From: an uncultured Phycisphaerales bacterium
Lineage (GTDB): Bacteria; Planctomycetota; Phycisphaerae; Tepidisphaerales; Tepidisphaeraceae
Assembly (NCBI GenBank): GCA_963755915.1
Contig: CAVWLP010000003.1
Coordinates: 480,001-544,000 of the forward strand
Direction: 5' to 3'
DNA length: 64,000 bases
In this document: piece by piece, positions 8,938-18,357 of the stretch
How the letters are laid out: every line of letters starts with the position of its first letter
How positions within the stretch are numbered: position 1 is the first letter of the stretch
Translations under genes and position numbers: made by a program
Notes under the pieces: generated by a model
What the model saw: only the letters and a program-made list of their open reading frames with translations
Database searches by the model: none
Told to the model about the DNA's origin: nothing

Positions 8938-10919
8938 ATCTCAGCCCCCGATCCGCCGAGGGACAGTCCCGCATCGAGGTTGATGGACTGTCCAGCCGCC
9001 AGTTCCACAGTGGCATCCTGCGCGGCGGTGCGCTCCAGGCGGACTTCACTGCCGGCCGCAACATCCGGGGTTTTGGTGGTGGGCGAGACGAAAACGCTCT
9101 CCTCCGTCACAACAACGGCCAGCTTGCCGGCATGAAGATGCTCCGTGCCGTGATACTCCCCCTCGACGGTGCCCCCTTTGGGCAGTTCAACCACCGGCCG
9201 GTCGTACCTCTTCTCCAGTCGTTCCCCCAGTGCCCTGCGCTCCTCGAAGGCAAGCTGCTGAAGCACTCCGGGCAGCGGGCGAATCGACCCGCCATCGCCA
9301 TCCGATCGCTCGGCGTATCCGTTTTGAAGCAGCCAATCGCGCCGATGCTGAACGGCATCCAGCGTCGCCGGATGGCTCACCATGCGCACATCCGGCATGT
9401 CGCCGAACGCTTGGCGGTCGAGCCAAGTGACTGCGTGCGCCTCAATTTGCTCCGTCTGAGAACGTTCCGCGATCACGCGCACGTCCGTTCGATGGCTTCC
9501 CCGCTGACTGAAGTGAGCAAAGGCAACTGTATCAACGGTGTACTCACCAAGCCGCGATGCGCGCACTCCCGAACCCTCGAATCCGGCAACGAAGTCCAGT
9601 CGGAATGCCGCGGAGCGGACGGCGGATTCAATCTCTCGGTCGGTCGAGGCCGCCTGGGACACGCGCAGATACGCCTCGTGCAACTGTGCGGAGTAGACCC
9701 CACCGTTTACCTTGGCAACGGCCGCGATCTGCACCGTGACCTGCTGGCGGCGGTGGGTTGCCGCGCCCAGTTCCGCCACCGAGCCGATCTCCAGATCACG
9801 GTAGGTCTCGTTGTCCCGGACCCGTCCATAGCGCGCTTGGCCTGCCGCATCCCGCAGTACGACGAACCGATCCTCCCCGATCTCATCGGGACTTCCCTTG
9901 GCAATGACCACGCCGGCCACGGGAACCGATGGCTCGGCTCCCCCGGCCATGCGCTGCACCCGTCCGGCCTCGTTCCCCAAACTGCCGTAGAGCTGTGCAA
10001 TGATGTCGTTACGGTTACCCAGTTCGCGCAAGGCCTGTTTGAAGTCGTCTTCGACGTGCCAGTTTGTTCCCCGCCCCTTGTGCGCCAAGTCCATCTTCTC
10101 CAGAAACGACAACCGTCCCACCACCAGCAGCCGGTCCTCGGCGCAAAAACCGATGCACCGGGAGGGCGAGATATCGATCTTTCCGTTCTCCAAATGCCGC
10201 TCGATCATCCGGTCCAGGGAGGTGAACCGCTCGGCTTCGACCTCCTTGGTCTTGGCCAACTGAACTTCCTGGGCACTCCGTTCCCCCAGCAGTTCGGTCG
10301 CGACCTCGCAGGCGCGGTCCCGGATTCCATACGATATATATTGTCGGGGGATGACCAGGTCGGTCCCATCCGCTTGCTTCCCCCGCAACATGATGTGCGC
10401 ATGGGGGTTGTCGGTATTGTGGTGATTGACGGCGATCCACTGGAGCTTGGTGTCCAAATCCCGCTGCACGCGCTTCATCACTTCGCGCACATACGCGGTC
10501 ATGTCGGGGATGTCGGCGCCATGCTCCGGCGACACGATCAGGCGGAAGTGATGCCGGTCCGGCGCCCACTGGACGGCCTCCTGTTTGACGTCCACGCCGT
10601 CCCGCGCTGCGTCGTAAAACACCCCGCGCTTGCCATCCGCGCTGGCGCTCTCTCGCCCCAGGTAGGTGACATGGCGCACCAAACTCCCCCGCGCTTTGCC
10701 GGGCTTGTGACGGCTCACCAGCGCCTTGACGACCACGCGCTGGCGCGCACTGGATGCTCCCGCGGGTCCGCCGAACCGCTTGGCCTTGCGTCCCCGAAAG
10801 CCGCGCAGCCGCCGGGCGATCTGGCTGTTCACGCTCGGCTCGCCCTGCCGGCGGCTGCCCATGCGGCCGATTCGATCCGCATCCACACGATCCGACGACT
10901 GCTTGAATCTCCCTGGCAT
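8934..10919 (-). CDS. Relaxase/mobilization nuclease (VirD2-like, DUF3363/RlxS type)
   Basis: RQRVVVKA, HVTYLGRE (catalytic Tyr), DRHHFRLIVSPEHG, HHNTDNPHAHIMLRG (HUH), TWLDRQ; GGAGG RBS before ATG 10919. Confidence 0.92.
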   Translation of the reverse strand: MPGRFKQSSDRVDADRIGRMGSRRQGEPSVNSQIARRLRGFRGRKAKRFGGPAGASSARQRVVVKALVSRHKPGKARGSLVRHVTYLGRESASADGKRGVFYDAARDGVDVKQEAVQWAPDRHHFRLIVSPEHGADIPDMTAYVREVMKRVQRDLDTKLQWIAVNHHNTDNPHAHIMLRGKQADGTDLVIPRQYISYGIRDRACEVATELLGERSAQEVQLAKTKEVEAERFTSLDRMIERHLENGKIDISPSRCIGFCAEDRLLVVGRLSFLEKMDLAHKGRGTNWHVEDDFKQALRELGNRNDIIAQLYGSLGNEAGRVQRMAGGAEPSVPVAGVVIAKGSPDEIGEDRFVVLRDAAGQARYGRVRDNETYRDLEIGSVAELGAATHRRQQVTVQIAAVAKVNGGVYSAQLHEAYLRVSQAASTDREIESAVRSAAFRLDFVAGFEGSGVRASRLGEYTVDTVAFAHFSQRGSHRTDVRVIAERSQTEQIEAHAVTWLDRQAFGDMPDVRMVSHPATLDAVQHRRDWLLQNGYAERSDGDGGSIRPLPGVLQQLAFEERRALGERLEKRYDRPVVELPKGGTVEGEYHGTEHLHAGKLAVVVTEESVFVSPTTKTPDVAAGSEVRLERTAAQDATVELAAGQSINLDAGLSLGGSGAEI

Positions 10920-10959
10920 ACGTCCTCCAAGGCGCTTTGGGGTTGCACTACGCGAGGCA

Positions 10960-11070
10960 ACAGTGACCGACTCGGAACCGACTCGGTGAAACAGCAGACA
11001 AGTCGCTGCAATTCTTCGTGCGACCGAGACTTGCAAAAACACCGACTCGTTTCCTTTTACCTTGCCCTCC
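10960..11070 (+). other. Candidate oriT
   Basis: Directly upstream of the relaxase gene; direct repeats ACCGACTCG(G) at 10966, 10977, 11041; TTTTACCTTG^CCC (11055-11067) resembles the IncP/MOBP nick consensus YATCCTG^Y. Confidence 0.5.
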
Positions 11071-11107
11071 TCAATTTCTTCTCCTCTTCGTATTCAGCCA
11101 GACAGAA

Positions 11108-11209
11108 AATCTATCCAGCCAGATGAAAAACCGATCTATTATCAGGGTTGATAGAGTTAATAATACCAACTATCCAGCCCAAGTCAAATTGAATCTGGCT
11201 GGATAGATT
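11108..11209. repeat. AT-rich array: perfect 17-bp inverted repeat enclosing further CTATCCAGCC-type half-sites
   Basis: AATCTATCCAGCCAGAT (11108-11124) / ATCTGGCTGGATAGATT (11193-11209); internal copies at 11145-11154 (reverse, degenerate) and 11170-11179. Confidence 0.85.
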
Positions 11210-11297
11210 CGGGCGGATTTGCGGGGGAAAAATGAGAGAAAGATCGACTGAAAAATGCAGAGGCGAGTTATAATACTGCATGGAAAACCAACGCTGA

Positions 11298-11693
11298 GTG
11301 AACGATAAGAACCGTCCTAACGTTCACGGGCGTTGCGAGTCTGGATGCGAAGGCAGGTGTATCGTGCGTGTGTTGAAAGAAACCTTGACCGTCATATCGC
11401 TCAGCGTGCTGTTGCCGCTGGTGAAGCTGGTGATCGTGTTGGCGGGACTTGCCGAGGTCGCGGGATGGGTTTGGCTTGGATGCTGGGCGGTCAGCAGCTA
11501 CCGCCAGCAAGGCCAAGCCCTCGTGTTTCTCTGGCCGGTTCTGGCGACGGTCGCAATCTACTTTCAGCTCACGCTCTGGCATTACTACTGGTTGAAGTTT
11601 GCGCAAGGGAGCAACCGAGGCCGGGCCTTGGGAGAGTATTTCTGCTCGGCGCTGCGCTACCCAATGGCCCGTCGGCCGCATTCCTGGGAGTAG
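11298..11693 (+). CDS. Hypothetical membrane protein
   Basis: 131-aa ORF with 2-3 hydrophobic segments; TATAAT at 11269-11274 upstream. Confidence 0.5.
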   Translation: MNDKNRPNVHGRCESGCEGRCIVRVLKETLTVISLSVLLPLVKLVIVLAGLAEVAGWVWLGCWAVSSYRQQGQALVFLWPVLATVAIYFQLTLWHYYWLKFAQGSNRGRALGEYFCSALRYPMARRPHSWE

Positions 11694-11745
11694 GCTCGCT
11701 CGTCGCAAGTCGCGCACCGATCGCACCGCCCATTGTTGTTTTGAC

Positions 11746-11784
11746 GAAAAAAGAAGCCGGATCAGGAACACCAGACCCGGCTTC
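11746..11784 (-). terminator. Intrinsic terminator downstream of parB
   Basis: GAAGCCGG...CCGGCTTC stem followed by a T6 run on the minus strand, just after the parB stop. Confidence 0.7.
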
Positions 11785-11808
11785 GGCCTCAAGATCGAGC
11801 GATCTCGG

Positions 11809-13739
11809 CTATGCAGCGGCGGCGCTCGCCTTGTCCGCCGATGCTCGCTTGCGACCGCCCGACTGCGGGGGTTCCCGCAGATTCGACGGCAGCCAAGCGT
11901 TCAACTTGGCGGCAAGCTTGGCATCGTCCAACTTGCCTTCGGCAGCATCGGTGAAGAGCTTGGCAAGCTCCGTCACAAGCTCGCTTTTCTTTTTCGACTC
12001 AGCGGGTGCGACGTGGACCGGACCCTGCAACTCACCGATCAGGTGCGCCAGTTGAATCTTCTGGTAGCCCGACAACCAGCGTTCGTCGGGACGCCAGTAG
12101 CGACGTACCTCCACGCCCAATTCCTCAGCCAGACGCCAGACCAAATCGGTCCGGCGCTGCAGGTGAGCCGTCACACATTCGACGGTCAGAAGGTCGATCA
12201 AGGCATCCACCTTCTTGTCAGAAAGCGCCTGCATGGCGGCATAGGCGGCATGATCTTCGACGTAATGCTTGCCATGCAGCGGGTCCAGTTCGGCCCGGCG
12301 CTTGCGCAGGGTGTCGAGCGCCGCCGACGTGAACCCTTCGGCGTTGTCGGCGTGAACCGTCGAGCCATTGGCATCATGCCGGATCGCCAGCGCTTCGCTG
12401 CGCACCTTGTCATGCAGGATCAGAGCCAGAACGCGCCTGCGAGTCGCGGCCTCTTTCAGCAACGATTCGCGCACGCCAAGCGCCTGATGCGTGAAGGTGG
12501 TCGCAAGCTGACCCTCGCGCAGGTCGTCCGATGTGGGTGGCTTGGGTGTGTCACCGGATGCGCCGCCCGCGTGGCCATTCCCATTGCTAGACGCACCGCC
12601 CCGTCCTCGCGGGACACGGAATTCCCGCCGGACCCGGCCATCCGGATCGAGCAACAGGAACGTCGTCCCCACCGCCTTGGTCGCTTCGGCGTAGTGGACT
12701 TCGGCCGCTTTGGTCAAGGTCTGCTCCTCATCGTCCAGCGCCTCCAGCTTGGTCTGGACGGCCTCGAACGCGCCTTGGTCCGACTCGTCGAATTCCGCCA
12801 GCTTGGATTCGAGCTTGCCGCGTTTGTCGGCCAGCTTCTTGAGCTTGGCCGTCGTCTGCTCGTCATACTCCTGCGGAGCTTGGGTCATCGCGTATAGCCG
12901 ATCCTGCACGTCGGCCTGCGGTCCGACAACGACTTCGGCCCAACCTCCCTCGATCAGGGCTTGGCGCTGCGCCAACAACGCCTCGGCCTGCGCCTCCATG
13001 AACACCTTGCGCTCGACCAGCACGCGCTCGGCGAACAAGTCCCGGCTGACGGCGGTATCCGGGAGTTTGGACACATCGAACGTCGCCGATGCGGCGTCGA
13101 TCCACGCATTGGCAATCACGTTGCGGATGTGCTGCGCGTGTTGCGGGTTGCCGCCCACTTCCTGCCAGACTTCCAATTGGCGGTCTGCCGGAACGGAAGC
13201 GAACGCCTCGGCGGTCGCGGTGTCGATTGCGCCCTGGCGATACGCCGCTTTCACCGGCTCGGCCAGCGTGGCCAGCTTCATGCGCTGGCGCACATAGGGC
13301 TGGCTCACGCCGAACTCGGCAGCGATGGCCTCAACGCCCTTGGCCTCCTCGCGGGCCAGTTGCGCGAAGGCTTCGGCTTCGTCCAGCGGGTGCATCGGCT
13401 CACGGACGAAGTTTTCCGCTAGCGCCAAAGCATCGGCGGTGTCGTCGTCCACGGAACGCAGGACGCAGGGAACCTTCGGCGGTCGGCCTGCCTCCTTGTA
13501 CACCTCGCGCAGCGCCGCCAAGCGGCGGTTACCCGCGATCACCTTGAATCCGCCGGACGTGCTTTCATCCGCTCGGACTACCAGCGGGGCCAGAAGTCCA
13601 TGCGCCGGATGGAAGCCACCATGCGGCGGTGGGCATCGCGCTCGGGCTTGACGCGCCGCGGATTGCGGCGGCTCGGCACTAGCTTGGACATTGGGACAGA
13701 GATTTGAACGTCACGGGATGGGGATACTATTCGATTCAC
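11809..13739 (-). CDS. ParB/RepB/Spo0J family protein (ICE/plasmid long form); frameshift near 13604
   Basis: GAGG+GTG 13739 gives ..KLVPSRRNPRRV..ASIR|HGLLAPLVVR..VIAGNRRLAAL, LAENFVREPMHPLDEAEAF, HTH IAAEFGVSQPYVRQRMKL, YWRPDE. Confidence 0.88.
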
Positions 13740-13798
13740 AATACACCTCGATTGGGTAATAGGGTTTAAGAAAATCAGTCAATCCATTTGGCGGAACA

Positions 13799-14257
13799 TC
13801 AGATCGGGATTTCCTCGCGGGCGCTGGCCATTGCCGGGACCTGCTCGGGGGTCCGTCCATTGCGCCCGCCGCTGCGGCCTCGGCCCGGCTTTGGACCACG
13901 GCTGTTCGCGGCCTGACCGCTGCCGGGCTTCCGATCCACAAAGCGGAACTGCTCGACCACGACACGAATCTTGCTGCGCCGCTGGCCGTCCTCCTGTTCC
14001 CACTGTTCCAGCCGTAAATGGCCTTCGACGTGGATCGGACGTCCCTTGGTCAGGCTTTCGGCAATGGTCTGCCCGGTCTTGCCGAACGCGGCGCAGTCGA
14101 TGAACAAGACTTCCTCGCGGGCCTCGCCGCTTGAGTCTTTCCACCGGCGGTTGACCGCCAGCGCGAAATCGCAAACCACCGTCTGACTCGGAAGCGTCTT
14201 AAGCTCCGGGTCGCGGGTGAGGTTGCCCATAAGGATCACTCGGTTGTAGCTGGCCAT
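13799..14257 (-). CDS. ssb: Single-stranded DNA-binding protein
   Basis: MASYNRVILMGNLTRDPELK, FALAVNRRW, LTKGRPIHVEGHL, acidic tail EEIPI; AAGGAG RBS. Confidence 0.95.
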   Translation of the reverse strand: MASYNRVILMGNLTRDPELKTLPSQTVVCDFALAVNRRWKDSSGEAREEVLFIDCAAFGKTGQTIAESLTKGRPIHVEGHLRLEQWEQEDGQRRSKIRVVVEQFRFVDRKPGSGQAANSRGPKPGRGRSGGRNGRTPEQVPAMASAREEIPI

Positions 14258-14377
14258 GATGAATCTCCTTGTGTAAATGGCCACTCATGAATGCGGCGTC
14301 CCATTGACGACCGCTCCCCAGCCCGCCCCGACGCGCCTCCATGCGCACCGGGACGGGTTCGGGGAGGGGTCGCCGGT

Positions 14378-15385
14378 TTAGGCAACGCCCGCCAGTTCCA
14401 ACGCGCCCCGATACGCGGCCTGCTTGAGTTGATGCGATTGGCCGAACCAGACTGAATCCAATTGCCGGTCCAGCTTGTCGGCGGGTGAAGCGCCGCGGTA
14501 CTTCCGCTGGTGGTCCGCCCATTCGCTGACCGCGTTGTACGCGCCCCATGCGGTGTGCTTCACGCCGGGAAGCGTGTTGCGGTCGTTATCGAAGTTGCCG
14601 AGCATCTGCCCGAATATCTGCTCGCGGCTTTTCTTCTGCCGGGCCGATTGCCCCGGCAATTCCGCGCCGGACAGTCCACGGAAGTATCCGCCCGCCTCGG
14701 TGACGGTCAGTTCCTTGGCAAGCATCGCGTGCAATTCATCATCAAATTTGTCGAACCGCGCCGCGATGATGCCGAGCTTCGCCCGCGCCTCGGCAATCCG
14801 GCTCTCCAACCGGGGATGATGTGAAATCGTCAACCCCTCGACGCCGGATTCCCGCAGGGCCAGATTCAAAGTGTTCTGACACACCACGCGCACAGTCGTC
14901 GGAATCATCCGAAGCGCCTGGCTACCGTCGTGCGTGTTGGTCAAGAGAACGTAAGGCTTAATCAGGTCGTCCGGTCCGGCCCGATACTCTTTGGGAATGC
15001 TGGCCATCATCCACACACGCTTGCCGCCGTGCAGACTGCCCGCCGTCTCGTACATGGCGAGCTTGTCGCCCACCAGTCCATCCATGAAGTCGAAAGCTTC
15101 ATGGTTCTGGAACACCCGATAGCGCCGCCCAACCACGCCCAACACCGCCTTGGTATCGGTGCGGACATTCGCCACCGTGTCCGGTATGCCTGCCTCAACA
15201 CTCTGGTTGTCCGGGTCGAAAGCCCGGACCGGCCATTGCTCGACGCGCCAATCCAAACCCGCGAGGCCGATAGCCTCGGCACTGGTAGTCGCCTGTTCAA
15301 TCACCGTGCCCAAGCGATGCCATGCTGGTTCGCCGGTCACGAATACTGCCGCTCGTCCCGTTGTCTGGTCGATCTCGTGTGCCAC
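14378..15385 (-). CDS. DUF932 family phage/plasmid protein
   Basis: AWHRLG, AGLDWRVE, YETAGSLHGGKRVW, LLTNTHDGS, VRVVCQNTL, TAWGAYNAVSEWADH; GGAGGT RBS before GTG 15385. Confidence 0.9.
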   Translation of the reverse strand: MAHEIDQTTGRAAVFVTGEPAWHRLGTVIEQATTSAEAIGLAGLDWRVEQWPVRAFDPDNQSVEAGIPDTVANVRTDTKAVLGVVGRRYRVFQNHEAFDFMDGLVGDKLAMYETAGSLHGGKRVWMMASIPKEYRAGPDDLIKPYVLLTNTHDGSQALRMIPTTVRVVCQNTLNLALRESGVEGLTISHHPRLESRIAEARAKLGIIAARFDKFDDELHAMLAKELTVTEAGGYFRGLSGAELPGQSARQKKSREQIFGQMLGNFDNDRNTLPGVKHTAWGAYNAVSEWADHQRKYRGASPADKLDRQLDSVWFGQSHQLKQAAYRGALELAGVA

Positions 15386-15451
15386 AAAGCACCTCCCGAA
15401 AAGGAAGAAAACTCCAAACCGGGATGGCTTAGGCCCACAAAGGCCCAAGCA

Positions 15452-15702
15452 ATTTTTTGACCTCCCGGCTTCGGAAGAAGCACGCCGGGAGGTCTAAAAA
15501 GAAAGTTCCTTCCTGCTGGCGACGGAAACGCGAGCGCAGCGGACGAAGGGCATGCCACGCGCAGGCCCGGAGCCATGTACTCATGGTGAGGAGGCGAGCA
15601 TGGCAAGCGCAGCGGTGACCTTTCGAGAGCGCAGTCGAGCCAGATGTGCCGTAGGCCCGCTGCTCTGGCCGCGTGCGACCTTCAGGAATCCAGCGGGCCT
15701 AC
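15452..15702 (+). promoter_or_regulatory. Structured non-coding region, putative ssi/ssDNA-promoter (leading region)
   Basis: Perfect stems GACCTCCCGGC/GCCGGGAGGTC (15459-15494) and GTAGGCCCGCTG/CAGCGGGCCTAC (15651-15702); three AGCGCAG motifs between them. Confidence 0.5.
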
Positions 15703-15737
15703 CTTCCCTCGTGTTCCCGGCGCCATCCTTATCGTCT

Positions 15738-16040
15738 GTGCCAACTGCACATCGACTCAACAAACCTTCGGGATGGATCACGATCACTCATCCATTCCAT
15801 CCCTGGCATGGACGACGTTTTGAAATTTGCAAATGCAGAGATATTGCCGGGGTGAGGATGGTCGGATTGATCGATTCCACCGGCAATACGCAGTTTGTTC
15901 CGCTGGAGTGGACCGATCGCAATCCGCCGATTCCCTGCGAAGCGCTGCACGATCCCAAGCCGATACTCAATGTGCGCTGCCTGCTGAGGCTGGCCCAATT
16001 GATCGAAACTACATCCCCAAATCGACAAAAGGCGGATTGA
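15738..16040 (+). CDS. DUF5372 (Y4bD-like) protein; no RBS in the integrated state
   Basis: ITITHPFHPWHGRRF...VPLEWTD motif; frame begins (G)TG CCA ACT GCA at the element's left end. Confidence 0.75.
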   Translation: MPTAHRLNKPSGWITITHPFHPWHGRRFEICKCRDIAGVRMVGLIDSTGNTQFVPLEWTDRNPPIPCEALHDPKPILNVRCLLRLAQLIETTSPNRQKAD

Positions 16041-16144
16041 CGTGATAGCGACTATGCAACCAGAATTGCCGGAGCGCGCCCACGCGCATCGTCGTTTTGC
16101 ACATCAGTGGATGGAGATTCGCTCTCCACATGGAGCGCTTTGGC

Positions 16145-16294
16145 ATGGAGGCCAACCCCACAGTTCGTTGTTCCCCCGCGGCCGACGATATCGAGCAAAT
16201 CGCCCGCATCGTGGCCCACATGCTTCAAACACTCGCGCAAGACAACAAGGCCCGCCGCCATTCGCATTTGCGCAACAAAGAAGGTGTCCGATGA
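16145..16294 (+). CDS. Small hypothetical protein coupled to the recombinase
   Basis: GGAG+ATG 16145; amphipathic helix IEQIARIVAHMLQTL; stop overlaps the recombinase ATG (ATGA). Confidence 0.5.
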   Translation: MEANPTVRCSPAADDIEQIARIVAHMLQTLAQDNKARRHSHLRNKEGVR

Positions 16295-18357
16295 ACAACA
16301 AGATTCAGAGTCAGCATTTGAACCTTCCCGCTTACATCTACTTGCGGCAGTCCACGCCGCGGCAACTGCTCCATCACCAGGAAAGCACCCAGCGCCAGTA
16401 CGCTTTGCAGGAAAAAGCGAAAGAACTGGGGTGGCTTCCCCATCTCATCCGCGTCCTGGACGGCGATCTCGGTCAGTCAGGTTCCTCGCCGGATGCGCCC
16501 CGTGAGGACTTCAAGATATTGGTCGATGACGTTTCCATGGGCAAGGTCGGGGCGATCTTCGCGCTGGAAGCCTCGCGCTTGTCGCGGTGCTGCGCGGATT
16601 GGCATCGCCTGCTGGAACTGGCCACCCTGGGCGGCGCACTGATTATCGATGAGGACGGCTGCTATGACCCATCCGACTTCAACGATCAGCTTCTGCTGGG
16701 ACTCAAGGGAGCGATGTCGCAGGCGGAATTGCACTTCATGCGTGCCCGTTTGCAGGGAGGCCGGCTGAATAAGGCCCGCAAAGGAGAATTGCGCATTCCG
16801 CTGGCAGTAGGACTCTTTCATGATGAATTGGGCCGGATCGTCCTGGACCCTGACCAACAGGTACAGCAGATCGTGCGCCAGTTGTTCGACAGCTTTCGCC
16901 AGACCGGCAGCGCCTACGGCGCGGCGCACGACTTCGCCGACAAAAACCTGTTGTTCCCCAAGCGCATTCACGGCGGCGCGTGGGATGGCGAGCTCCAATG
17001 GGAGCGGCTTTCCACCAGCCGGGCGTTGTCAGCCCTCAAGAATCCTGCTTACGCCGGGGTTTATGCGTATGGGCAACGGCGATACATTCGCCGGCCGGAT
17101 ACCGATGGCAAAATTCATCGGCATACCAGTAAACTGCCCATGGAGTCCTGGGCCGTGAAGATCGACAATCACCATCCCGCGTACATCGATTGGCCGACAT
17201 TCCTGGAGAATCAGGCGATGCTGCGGAAGAACCAGACTGTCAGCGGATCGACGCCGTTGCCCGGACCGGTGCGCGAGGGACGCGGTTTATTGCAGGGCTT
17301 ATTGCTCTGCGCACGTTGCGGTCGGCGTCTGGGCGTCCGCTACCACGGCGACGGCGGAGCGCGGTGCAGATATTTATGCGGCCGTCTTCTCAGCGAGGGG
17401 CTGTTGTCCCGCACGTGCATGAGTCTGTCCGCCGATCCGCTCGATCAGGCCGTGAGTCACCGCGCGCTTGAAGCGATGCAGCCGATGCACATTGAAATCG
17501 CCCTCAAGGCGATGGAGCGGTTCCATCATCAGCAGGAGATTACGAATCGCCAGTGGCAATTGCGGTTGGATCGCGCCGGCTACGAAGCAGCACTGGCCCA
17601 GCGTCGTTATGAGAAGGTAGATCCCGACAACCGGCTGGTGGCCGCCACGCTGGAAACCCAATGGAATGAGGCGTTGGCGGAACTGGACCGACTGCGCATG
17701 CAGTATGAGGAGCAACAGCAAAATCAGGCGGTCAGTGCACAGGAACAGGAATCTATCCGCCGCCTGGCTCACGATCTGCCGGTACTCTGGAACGCGCCCA
17801 CCACGCAAGCGCGCGATCGCAAGCGAATCCTGCGTTTGCTCATTAAAGATATCACCGTCGAGAAACTGGAAGATCCGAGGCGGACGTTGCTGCATCTGCG
17901 CTGGCAAGGCGGCGCCTGCGAAGACATCGTTGTCCAGACGAAGCAGCCGTCCGGCAACGGTTTACGCTATCCGGCGAATGTAGTTGAGCAGGTGAGGCAA
18001 ATGGCAAGCTCGATGCACGATGGGCAGATTGCCGCCGAATTGAACCATCGGGGAATGCACAGCGCCACCGAGAAGCCGTTCACTTCGGAAATGATCCGTT
18101 GGATTCGTCATCGCCATGATGTGCCAGGGCCGACATTCAAACGTTCCGATGAGCTGACGGTGAGGGAAATGTGCGAGAAGTTCGGCGTCAGCCACCATGT
18201 CGTCTATTATTGGATCGAGCGCGGAATTGTCTCAGCCCGTCGTGCAACGGCGGGTTCGGCGTGGCTGGTCACCTTGAACGCCGAGAAAGAGCTTGAACTT
18301 AATCGCCGGTTGGAGCAATCACCCCAAATCCATCGCCGAAACTTGCAACCGTCCTAA
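16291..18357 (+). CDS. Large serine recombinase (resolvase, recombinase, Zn-ribbon, coiled coil, C-terminal HTH)
   Basis: AYIYLRQST (catalytic Ser), DGDLGQSG, EASRLSR, LKNPAYAG, LLCARCGRRL, EKVDPDNRLVAATLE, HTH VREMCEKFGVSHHVVYYWIERG. Confidence 0.93.
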   Translation: MNNKIQSQHLNLPAYIYLRQSTPRQLLHHQESTQRQYALQEKAKELGWLPHLIRVLDGDLGQSGSSPDAPREDFKILVDDVSMGKVGAIFALEASRLSRCCADWHRLLELATLGGALIIDEDGCYDPSDFNDQLLLGLKGAMSQAELHFMRARLQGGRLNKARKGELRIPLAVGLFHDELGRIVLDPDQQVQQIVRQLFDSFRQTGSAYGAAHDFADKNLLFPKRIHGGAWDGELQWERLSTSRALSALKNPAYAGVYAYGQRRYIRRPDTDGKIHRHTSKLPMESWAVKIDNHHPAYIDWPTFLENQAMLRKNQTVSGSTPLPGPVREGRGLLQGLLLCARCGRRLGVRYHGDGGARCRYLCGRLLSEGLLSRTCMSLSADPLDQAVSHRALEAMQPMHIEIALKAMERFHHQQEITNRQWQLRLDRAGYEAALAQRRYEKVDPDNRLVAATLETQWNEALAELDRLRMQYEEQQQNQAVSAQEQESIRRLAHDLPVLWNAPTTQARDRKRILRLLIKDITVEKLEDPRRTLLHLRWQGGACEDIVVQTKQPSGNGLRYPANVVEQVRQMASSMHDGQIAAELNHRGMHSATEKPFTSEMIRWIRHRHDVPGPTFKRSDELTVREMCEKFGVSHHVVYYWIERGIVSARRATAGSAWLVTLNAEKELELNRRLEQSPQIHRRNLQPS

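Noticed and set aside
9132-11126. 664-aa plus-strand ORF
   Set aside because: Antisense shadow of the relaxase in GC-rich DNA; no recognisable motifs.
11599-12897. 432-aa plus-strand ORF and similar long antisense ORFs (21687, 22914, 27157, 28594, 59507)
   Set aside because: Antisense to clearly identified genes; typical high-GC codon artefact.
15720-15722. Alternative crossover at shared GCG (15720 / 18382)
   Set aside because: Gives no dyad symmetry and puts the ATG out of frame with DUF5372; the TGC junction explains both.
16042-16290. 83-aa N-terminal extension of the recombinase
   Set aside because: The catalytic motif lies ~15 aa after ATG 16291, which has an AAGG(T) SD and overlaps the small ORF's stop.
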